From: Phycisphaerae bacterium
GTDB taxonomy: Bacteria; Planctomycetota; Phycisphaerae; WQYP01
Assembly (NCBI GenBank): GCA_049977145.1
Contig: JBMFGW010000005.1
Location: 39-64,038, forward strand
Length of the DNA: 64,000 bases
Reading direction: 5' to 3'
The position numbers and the translations under genes were made by a program. Below the pieces are notes generated by a model. That model worked only from the letters and a program-made list of their open reading frames with translations, was not told the origin of the DNA and ran no database searches. This document shows, piece after piece, positions 49,728-57,527 of the stretch (positions are counted from its first letter, which is position 1; each line of letters starts with the position of its first letter).

Positions 49728-50405
49728 GCGGCGGTGAACTGCTATGCCTGCGTAGAGGTGCTTAATGCGCAAAGCCTTAACAGCCTTATCGCTCATGCCC
49801 GCACCACCACCGCGCCGGCTAGCGGAAAATTCCGTCCTGATGATAATGTCCATCCCTTTGCGAGTTCCAACGGCAACACCGATCTGGCGGTGCGCAAAGG
49901 CCGCGTCCGGTTAAGCGATGGCCGCGTTATTTACGGAGAGGTATGGACAACCCTGAAAACACCATTTAGGGTCTGGCTAGCCGCTATCAAGCAATATCGT
50001 GACCTGGATATACGCTTAATAAAAAGCATTCGCGTTCATGTGCTGGCTGCCCGGCAAATTCGCGCTTGGCGCTTCCAGCAGGAAGGCAGTGATATCAAGA
50101 ATTATGCGCACCACACCCGCCCGCGCATCAGCTTCGCGTACAGCTTTACCATGCTGAACGGCAAAACCATCACCGGCACACTCGATGCGCCGTTGTATGT
50201 CCGTTCCGCCGGACATACTTATGATCTGATTATTTATAAACGAGTGGAAGGAAAACCCGGAGAAAAACTTTCCGCAGTGGTGTACGTAAAATCCGTTACC
50301 TTACAAGTTACGCCGGCGCTGCGCCATTATGCCGCCAGTCTAACGCGCCATTTGCCCCTGATTCATTGGCGGCAAATGTTAGCCGCGCATCATATCCCGC
50401 ATTGA
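49728..50405 (+). CDS. Hypothetical protein (start uncertain; ORF open from 49383 but overlaps tilS)
   Basis: Coding-like frame. No recognisable motifs. Confidence 0.35.
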   Translation, partial: AAVNCYACVEVLNAQSLNSLIAHARTTTAPASGKFRPDDNVHPFASSNGNTDLAVRKGRVRLSDGRVIYGEVWTTLKTPFRVWLAAIKQYRDLDIRLIKSIRVHVLAARQIRAWRFQQEGSDIKNYAHHTRPRISFAYSFTMLNGKTITGTLDAPLYVRSAGHTYDLIIYKRVEGKPGEKLSAVVYVKSVTLQVTPALRHYAASLTRHLPLIHWRQMLAAHHIPH

Positions 50406-50549
50406 GTTAGGCAATAAGGTTAGCGGTAAGTTTTCCGGACGGAACTCAAACGCGACAATCTACGAAAGTTCATTGACAGCGTGGTGGTCGAGTTATACGA
50501 TTACACAGGTTTCCGCTCGTGGCTTCTTGTGAAAGAAATAGGGGTATGT

Positions 50550-51575
50550 ATGCCATCCGCCGGTTTAATTGTTTTATTTGTGATCGCACTAGTCGTTGTG
50601 ATTATCGTGTTTATCGCTGTGGGCAACGTATTTAACCTCTGGTTGCAGGCGTTTTCCGCCGGCGCGGATATCAGCCTTTTTGATCTCATCGGCATGAAAT
50701 TGCGGAAGGTCGATGCCCGCGCGATTGTCACCGCCAAAATTTCCATGGTGCAGGCCGGTTTACCAGTTGAGACCAATCAGCTGCAGGCGCATTATATGTC
50801 GGGCGGACACGTGTTGAATGTCGCCAAAGCGATGATCGCGGCGCATCGCGCCAATATCGAATTACCATGGAATCAGGCCACCGCCATCGATCTGGCCGGT
50901 CGGGATGTACTGGAAGCGGTGCAAACCAGCGTCAACCCCCGTGTTATTGATGTGCCAAATGCTGCCAGTGGTCGGCAGACGCATGAGGGTGTAGCCAAGG
51001 ACGGCATTCAGTTGCGTGTCAAAGCTCGGGTAACGGTGCGCACCAACATGCGGCAACTGGTCAGCGGAGCCGGTGAAGAGACGATTGTGGCACGCGTGGG
51101 CGAGGGCATTGTGGCGGCCATCGGCTCGGCCGATACCTACAAGCATGTGCTGGAACAGCCTGATATGATCAGTAAGACGGTGCTGGCCAAGGGGCTGGAT
51201 GCCGGCACGGCCTTTCAGATATTGTCCATTGATATCGCGGATATGGATGTCAGTGAAAATATCGGCGCCCGCTTACAGATTGCCCAGGCGGAAGCCGCTA
51301 AACAATTGGCGCAAGCGGAAGCGGAAAAGCGCCGTGCACTAGCGGTGGCGCAGGAGCAAGAAAATAAAGCGCTGGCTCAGTTTAATCGGGCCAAGGTTAT
51401 TGAGGCCGAAGCGCAAGTCCCGATAGCTATGGCGGAAGCATTTCGCAAAGGTAATCTGGGCATTATGGATTATTACCGCATGAAGAATATGCAGGCTGAC
51501 ACACAGATGCGCGAATCTATCGGCGGTTCCAGTGCCACCGGTTCCGGAACGGATAATCGGTCCGCGGGTACCTGA
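50550..51575 (+). CDS. floA: Flotillin-like protein FloA (SPFH family, YqfA-type)
   Basis: The N-terminal hairpin TM and [33 protein letters not shown] are nearly identical in pattern to B. subtilis FloA. An Ala/Glu-rich coiled coil follows. Confidence 0.85.
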   Translation: MPSAGLIVLFVIALVVVIIVFIAVGNVFNLWLQAFSAGADISLFDLIGMKLRKVDARAIVTAKISMVQAGLPVETNQLQAHYMSGGHVLNVAKAMIAAHRANIELPWNQATAIDLAGRDVLEAVQTSVNPRVIDVPNAASGRQTHEGVAKDGIQLRVKARVTVRTNMRQLVSGAGEETIVARVGEGIVAAIGSADTYKHVLEQPDMISKTVLAKGLDAGTAFQILSIDIADMDVSENIGARLQIAQAEAAKQLAQAEAEKRRALAVAQEQENKALAQFNRAKVIEAEAQVPIAMAEAFRKGNLGIMDYYRMKNMQADTQMRESIGGSSATGSGTDNRSAGT

Positions 51576-51836
51576 TTTGAGCGGCGCGGCCATAGCCGCA
51601 ACCATCATGTCACGCAGAGATGAGAGGCTGGCGTGGAGAGAATTGGATCACGGATGACACTGATTTTTGAGGAAATGTACGAAGAAGCGACATAACAAAA
51701 TCTTTGCATGCTGCGAATAAATTGACGACTTGTAGTATGGATCGCCGCCTGTCGGCAGGAAAGAATTCAGGTTAAGTTTGCGGTGTGCAATGTTCCGGCT
51801 TGGGATACAGGTGGAAAACGGGACAATTAATACCCA

Positions 51837-52400
51837 GTGATGAAAAAGGAATCCTCCATGGGCCAACTTCCACAAGATCCGCAACAACTTGCGCAAGATA
51901 TTCTCGCTGGGCGGGTGACGATTCAGCAATTGCGGGCCGAACAGGCCCGCCGCCGGGCGGCGCAGGAAGCCTTACGGCAAAATATGCGGCCCCGCGCCGG
52001 ACCATCCACCGCCGCTCCAGCACGGTCGCAATCTCCGCGACAAGTTGGTCCTAACTCCACGCCAACTGACCGTCCATCATCGCTGCGGCAACAGGTAGTG
52101 CGCCCGGACAATATGGTTTCGTCCTCGGCAATGGTCAGGAAAATAAGGTCTCCAACCCCAAAGCGTCCGGCCTCTTCTGACGCCAGTGGCATATCCACCG
52201 CTGCGTCGGCAACGCCGCCGTCGGCTACTGTGCCGGACGGAAAGAAATCCTCCATTGCACCGTCGCAATCCGGGCGCACCACCGCCCAGACCGTTCACGC
52301 GGTAATGACCCATCCCAATACATTGCGCAGCGTTTTTGTATTAAGTGAGTTATTGGAAAAACCGATGTCAATGCGACCGGACCCGCTGGACCGATTTTGA
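51837..52400 (+). CDS. Pro/Ser/Ala-rich low-complexity hypothetical protein
   Basis: ORF with an N-terminal helical segment and a disordered PS-rich body. Function unknown. Confidence 0.4.
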   Translation: MMKKESSMGQLPQDPQQLAQDILAGRVTIQQLRAEQARRRAAQEALRQNMRPRAGPSTAAPARSQSPRQVGPNSTPTDRPSSLRQQVVRPDNMVSSSAMVRKIRSPTPKRPASSDASGISTAASATPPSATVPDGKKSSIAPSQSGRTTAQTVHAVMTHPNTLRSVFVLSELLEKPMSMRPDPLDRF

Positions 52401-52416
52401 AGCGGAATCCTCTTAG

Positions 52417-52926
52417 TTACGTCATTTTGGCTAAATAGTCCACGATATCATCGGCAGACATGTTGGTAATATCTAATGCGACATCAGCGGCAGCGGTGTA
52501 CTGAGGATCGCGAATTCGCTGCAGGCGCAGAATTTCCTCCAGTCCGCCGGCACTGGTCATATTGGGCCGATTGGCTGGCGTTCTGGAGTTGGACTGAAGA
52601 CGTTTCCAGATCACATCCACAGGTGCTTGCAGCCAGACAATCCGGCCATTGGCCTGAAGTTTTTCAACGTTGGCTTTTCGCAACACCACGCCCCCACCGG
52701 CGGCTATTACAGCGTTATCACTTTCCACCAGATCATCGATGACTGCGGACTCCAAATCACGAAACAGCGGCTCACCACCCTGCTCAAAAATTTCGCGAAT
52801 GGTCTTGCCCGAACGTTGCATGATAAGTTCATCGGTATCCACAAAGTCCATGCCCATGCGACCCGCGAGTTGCTTACCAATGGTGGATTTACCCACGCCG
52901 CGATAACCGATTAACACAATATTCAT
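52417..52926 (-). CDS. aroK: Shikimate kinase
   Basis: MNIVLIGYRGVGKSTIGK P-loop, DTD, and GGGVV shikimate-binding motif. Confidence 0.9.
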   Translation of the reverse strand: MNIVLIGYRGVGKSTIGKQLAGRMGMDFVDTDELIMQRSGKTIREIFEQGGEPLFRDLESAVIDDLVESDNAVIAAGGGVVLRKANVEKLQANGRIVWLQAPVDVIWKRLQSNSRTPANRPNMTSAGGLEEILRLQRIRDPQYTAAADVALDITNMSADDIVDYLAKMT

Positions 52927-53061
52927 ACAATCCCTTTATCGCTGGTGGCTGGTGAATTCGTTGCCACAAAACGCGATTGGCCAGCAGAAATTCGAGGGCC
53001 GCCGGCCATGATATTTAACGCGGCGTCTGATTATATTCCGGATGCGTAGCCCGAGCGGCGC

Positions 53062-53508
53062 TTAGCGCACCACGCCAATGGTCAAAAGAATATTGGCATA
53101 AATCCGACTTTCACCCGTGGCAATGATCAGGCAGACATCGGATGTGGACGCAGCATCATAAAAGGCAAAGCGTTCCATTTTTTTTAGTTTATTGCCCGGT
53201 GCGCTGTGATCGAACAACGCCGCATATTCCTTGAATATCGGCGGATCCTGCGTGAGTTTATACGGCCCGGATTTATTGGGGGCCATCACGATCGCCGCCT
53301 CCACTGGAATGCTTTGCAGCAGGATGTTCAGCACGTCAGTGGCCTTGAGTAAATCCGCGGCCAGATTCAAATTCACCACTTCCGCATTGGGGCCCCGGCG
53401 CGTCCATACCGGGTAATTACCATCGGCAATCAACACTTTGCTGCTGTGGCCGGCGCGGCCCAGCGCCAAGAGTATCTGCGGATGAAGCAAGGTTGTTTTC
53501 AGCATCAA
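53062..53508 (-). CDS. fucU: L-fucose mutarotase (RbsD/FucU family)
   Basis: MLKTTLLHPQILLALGRAGH..ADGNYP and ERFAFYDAA..IIATGE..YANILL align with E. coli FucU. Confidence 0.8.
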   Translation of the reverse strand: MMLKTTLLHPQILLALGRAGHSSKVLIADGNYPVWTRRGPNAEVVNLNLAADLLKATDVLNILLQSIPVEAAIVMAPNKSGPYKLTQDPPIFKEYAALFDHSAPGNKLKKMERFAFYDAASTSDVCLIIATGESRIYANILLTIGVVR

Positions 53509-53533
53509 TGAACTCCGTTAATCCAGAACTTTT

Positions 53534-54979
53534 CTATTTCTTGTTTTCATGCGGAACAAATTCACGCAACATGGAGGATTTGGCAACCAGTTGTCGGCCA
53601 GCCGCAAGAGAGTCAAGCTGCCCCGTGGCCATCGCCTGAACCATCACATTGCCGATGGCGGTGGCCTCCACCGGACCGGCGAGAACATGCAGCCCGGTGG
53701 CATCCGCCGCCAATTGATTAAGCAACTCATTCTGCGATCCACCGCCCACGATATGCAGGTGCGTAAACTTTCGCCCCGTGACTTTTTCAATCATATCCCG
53801 CACCTGGCCATACGTGGCCGCCAGCGATTCCAAAATCAAGCGGGTGAATTCTCCCGGGGTTTCAGGGATTTTTTGGCCCGAGCGACGACACTGGGCAACG
53901 ATTTTCAATGGCATATCTCCGGGAGCGAGCATTTGCGGATCTTCAAGGTCTAGCCGAGAGACCCGGGCCGGGGCCTCGCGTGCCAACTGCACCAGTGTGC
54001 GGTAATCAAAATCTTTGCCATCTTGCGCCCAGGCCCGGCGACATTCCTGCAAAAGCCAGAGGCCGGCAATATTCTTCAGCAGGCGGATTTTGCCGCCCAC
54101 GCCGCCTTCATTGGTCAGATTAAAATTCATAGCGTCGGCGGTTAAAATCGGCTGATCCAATTCAACCCCCAGAAGACTCCAGGTGCCGCTGGATAAAAAC
54201 AGCCAGTTTTCCGCCTGCGCCGGTACGGCTGCCACAGCACTGGCGGTGTCATGGGCACCAACGGCCAAAACCGGGACGCCCTGGGCCTGCGTGGCGGCGG
54301 CGGCTGAACCGGTTACATGCCCCAGCAATGTTCCCGGCATAACCAAATCCGGCAATATCGGCGGATGTATGGGGATGCAGGCCAGAATTTCCTTGGAATA
54401 CTGGCGTTGGTGGGCATCCAGCATTTGCGAGGTGCTGGCAATGGTATATTCATTGGCGATGCGGCCACAAAGCCAGTAAGCCAGCAGATCCGGAATATAA
54501 AGCAGATGCCGGGCCTGATCCAGCGTGGCCGGACGATTCTCCGCCAGGGAACAAAGCTGAAACAGCGTGTTAAAATTCATGGTTTGTATGCCACTGATGG
54601 CATACGCCCTTTCCCGGGGCATACGGGAAAAGAATTTTTCCGGCATACCATCCGTTCGGCTATCCCGGTAATGCACCGGATTGGCCAGCAGTTCACCATT
54701 GATATCCAGTAAACCAAAATCCACGCCCCAGGTATCTACGCCGATACCCGCAACCCTTTGTCCCTTGGAGGCCGCCTCGGAAATGGCTTTGCCGATGCCG
54801 ATTTGAATTTCTCCCCACAGCCGCAGAATATCCCAGTGTAAAACGTTTCCCACCCGTACCGGCCCATTGGAAAAGCGGTGCATTTCCGCCAGCGCAATGC
54901 CGGCCTGGTTGACCGTGGCAAGCATAACGCGGCCCGACTCAGCCCCCAAGTCCACCGCGATGTACTGCTGATCCTGCAT
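53534..54979 (-). CDS. rhaB: Rhamnulokinase-type FGGY sugar kinase
   Basis: IAVDLGAESGRVMLA..HRFSNG..WD matches the RhaB N-terminus. FGGY C-domain HIVGGGSQN. Confidence 0.75.
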   Translation of the reverse strand: MQDQQYIAVDLGAESGRVMLATVNQAGIALAEMHRFSNGPVRVGNVLHWDILRLWGEIQIGIGKAISEAASKGQRVAGIGVDTWGVDFGLLDINGELLANPVHYRDSRTDGMPEKFFSRMPRERAYAISGIQTMNFNTLFQLCSLAENRPATLDQARHLLYIPDLLAYWLCGRIANEYTIASTSQMLDAHQRQYSKEILACIPIHPPILPDLVMPGTLLGHVTGSAAAATQAQGVPVLAVGAHDTASAVAAVPAQAENWLFLSSGTWSLLGVELDQPILTADAMNFNLTNEGGVGGKIRLLKNIAGLWLLQECRRAWAQDGKDFDYRTLVQLAREAPARVSRLDLEDPQMLAPGDMPLKIVAQCRRSGQKIPETPGEFTRLILESLAATYGQVRDMIEKVTGRKFTHLHIVGGGSQNELLNQLAADATGLHVLAGPVEATAIGNVMVQAMATGQLDSLAAGRQLVAKSSMLREFVPHENKK

Positions 54980-55048
54980 AACTATTCGTCTCCGAATGAC
55001 TGATTGTTTTCTCGGATTGGCATGATAACGTGAAGGACTGAATCGGGC

Positions 55049-55079
55049 GAGTTATGCCATCGAGTTATGCCATCGAGTT
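55049..55079 (+). repeat. 13-bp tandem repeat (GAGTTATGCCATC x2.4) spanning the start codon of the small ORF
   Basis: Read directly. It creates two ATGs 13 bp apart in different frames. Only the second opens the 91-codon ORF. Confidence 0.8.
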
Positions 55080-55342
55080 CCAAGGACATGCCGGCGATAT
55101 TAAGTTATAATTCCGGTATGTATGGAAATATTGACAAAGTGCAGTGGCAAAAAAAGTATCGTGAAACTTCCAGAATGCTGGAAATCATTCGCGATCGAGA
55201 ACTGCGGGCCTTAACCGACGCAGATGTATGGCGGCGAATTCAAACCCTGAAAGTGCCGGGAAAGCCCTGGCGCGAGCGTCCCGATTGGTCCGGTCTAGTC
55301 GAGCAACAGGCCCTGTTTCACCGGCGGAGGAAGCAGCCATGA
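55067..55342 (+). CDS. Small hypothetical protein (91 aa), upstream partner of nucleotidyltransferase gene
   Basis: ATGA overlap with the next gene. No recognisable motif, and no canonical HEPN Rx4-6H motif seen. Confidence 0.4.
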   Translation: MPSSSKDMPAILSYNSGMYGNIDKVQWQKKYRETSRMLEIIRDRELRALTDADVWRRIQTLKVPGKPWRERPDWSGLVEQQALFHRRRKQP

Positions 55343-55923
55343 GCGGCCTGGACGGCGTCATCCTGGCCGCCGCGGAAGTTGAAGCCTTCTGCCGCGACCA
55401 CGGATGGCAGTTCTGCTTCATCGGCGGCGTGGCCGTTCAGCGATGGGGCATGCCGCGTTTCACGCAGGATGTGGACCTTACCCTGATGGCCACATGGGGC
55501 ACCGAGGCAACATTTATTGACATACTGCTGGAAAAATTTTCGGCGCGACTAAGCAATGCCCGCAATTTCGCTTTGGAACACCGAGTGCTGCTGGCGAAAA
55601 CAGCTACGGGAATCGACTTGGATATCGCGCTGGGAGCATTTCCGTTTGAGGAGGCTTCAACAGGGCGTGCCACCTTGTGGCCAGTCAACGACCAGATAAC
55701 ATTGACAACCTGCTCAGCCGAGGATCTCATTATCCACAAGGTCTTTGCCGGACGCGATCGTGATTGGAGCGATGTTGACAGCGTCCTGGTGCGACAGCGA
55801 GGCAAGCTGAATCTTGCTCATATTCAACATGAATTGCCGCCATTGCTGGAACTTAAAGATGATGCGGAATCCTTTGAAAAGCTCCAGCGCCTGATTACGG
55901 ACGCGGATAGCAGATCGCAGTAG
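55339..55923 (+). CDS. Minimal nucleotidyltransferase (Pol-beta-like NTase fold, MNT-like) with about 90-aa C-terminal extension
   Basis: FIGGVAVQRWGMPRFTQDVDLTL matches the hGG-x9-11-DhD NTase signature. 194 aa. Confidence 0.55.
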   Translation: MSGLDGVILAAAEVEAFCRDHGWQFCFIGGVAVQRWGMPRFTQDVDLTLMATWGTEATFIDILLEKFSARLSNARNFALEHRVLLAKTATGIDLDIALGAFPFEEASTGRATLWPVNDQITLTTCSAEDLIIHKVFAGRDRDWSDVDSVLVRQRGKLNLAHIQHELPPLLELKDDAESFEKLQRLITDADSRSQ

Positions 55924-55969
55924 ACTCCACGCGGTGGGATCTATTGAAAACTTATCTGAGACGGGGCCG

Positions 55970-57100
55970 TCAACCACCTGTCAGGGATACATTTCGCCCC
56001 GTGGCGTCGGCTTCAAAAATATGGCATTTATCCATGGCCACAAAAAACGAACCCGGTGATTGCGGACGTATTGCCGCCAGATGATGCGCATCGGTACGAC
56101 AGACCATCTGCGGCTGATTGGCCAAGGTAAAGTAAACGTCCACCTTATCTCCCAGTGGTTCAATAACGCTGACGGTACCGCGGATACAATTGTTTTCCCC
56201 GGCAAAGCGTCCTTCATTACATAGTGACATGGACTCTGGCCGAATGCCGAGAATCAGCGGACCAGCGGCACTTTGACCGAGATTTGCCGTCAATTTTTCC
56301 GGCAGTGTTAAACGTTGATCACCGAATACAAACTCCCGACCACTTTGCAGTGTGCCGGAAAAAAAATTCATCGGCGGTGTGCCGACAAATGACGCCACAA
56401 ACCGGTTCACAGGACGTTCATACACCTCCAGCGGCGCAGCGCATTGCTGAATCAGCCCATCTTTCATGACCACAATACGATCACCCAGCGTCATGGCCTC
56501 TTCCTGATCATGGGTGACATAAATGGTTGTGGTTTGCAGCCGCAAGTGGAGCTTTTTTATTTCTGAACGGGTTTCCACACGCAGCTTGGCATCCAGATTA
56601 GACAGCGGCTCATCAAAGAGAAACGCCTTGGGGTCGCGAACAATCGCTCGCCCCACCGCCACGCGCTGCCGCTGCCCGCCGGAGAGGGCTTTGGGTTTGC
56701 GATTCAGATAATCGGTCAGGCCAAGAATGGCCGCCGCCTCCCGCACACGCTGGTCAATAAGTTGTTTGGTCAGGCCGAGTTCGCGCCGCCGCAGTTGCAG
56801 TGAAAAGGCCATGTTTTTATAAACGCTCATGTGCGGATACAGGGCATAGTTTTGAAACACCATGGCAATGTCACGATCTTTGGGGGCCACGTCATTGACC
56901 ACTCGGCCATCAATACTCAATGTCCCCTCGGAAATTTCCTCCAGCCCCGCCACCATGCGGAGCGTGGTGGTTTTGCCGCAACCGGATGGCCCCACCAGCA
57001 CCACAAACTCCCGATCCTTGATCGTAAGGTTTATGCTGTTGACCGCGCGCACACCGCCGGGATATATTTTGGAAACCTGCTTGAGTTCAACGGTCGCCAT
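55970..57100 (-). CDS. Sugar ABC transporter ATP-binding protein (MalK/UgpC/MsiK type), orphan
   Basis: Walker A GPSGCGKTT, LSGGQRQR signature, Walker B LFDEPLS, and a C-terminal TOBE-like domain. Start taken at MATVELKQV. Confidence 0.85.
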   Translation of the reverse strand: MATVELKQVSKIYPGGVRAVNSINLTIKDREFVVLVGPSGCGKTTTLRMVAGLEEISEGTLSIDGRVVNDVAPKDRDIAMVFQNYALYPHMSVYKNMAFSLQLRRRELGLTKQLIDQRVREAAAILGLTDYLNRKPKALSGGQRQRVAVGRAIVRDPKAFLFDEPLSNLDAKLRVETRSEIKKLHLRLQTTTIYVTHDQEEAMTLGDRIVVMKDGLIQQCAAPLEVYERPVNRFVASFVGTPPMNFFSGTLQSGREFVFGDQRLTLPEKLTANLGQSAAGPLILGIRPESMSLCNEGRFAGENNCIRGTVSVIEPLGDKVDVYFTLANQPQMVCRTDAHHLAAIRPQSPGSFFVAMDKCHIFEADATGRNVSLTGG

Positions 57101-57527
57101 TGATGAATATTCTCCTCCAATGACACAGCACCGGTCACAACGACATTTGGCTTGTGATTCCGTGTGGCGTTCAGAATCATCAAACCACGGTATCATCGGG
57201 AAAAATGCCCATAAGTTCAATGGCGCGCCGAGAATTGCGACTTTACCCCCAAGAGAGGCTCTCCGGCACAGTCGCCAGGAAGCCACCTTTGTATGAGCAA
57301 ATATGGCAAATCTTTTCCTCATCTACCTCCACTTCCTCCCTGTGCAATCCCCCCGTCATATCCGATCCATTCGCGTAATAACCGATTCAATTCAACCAGA
57401 TCGTATTGCAGATCAAGCGCGGTTTTTGGTTGTCGGCACCGCCGCGTCGGGTCAGCCATAGCAGCCAGCAGTTGGCAAAGACATGGGGTTATTGCCAGCC
57501 CTCGCGTTACCACCTTGTGGGCGAAGA

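Noticed and set aside
57101-57527. Possible small gene or RNA in the 427-bp gap between the STK and MalK-like genes
   Set aside because: No ORF with an RBS. I saw only a short GAGAGgCTCTC palindrome at about 57250, and nothing distinctive enough to call.
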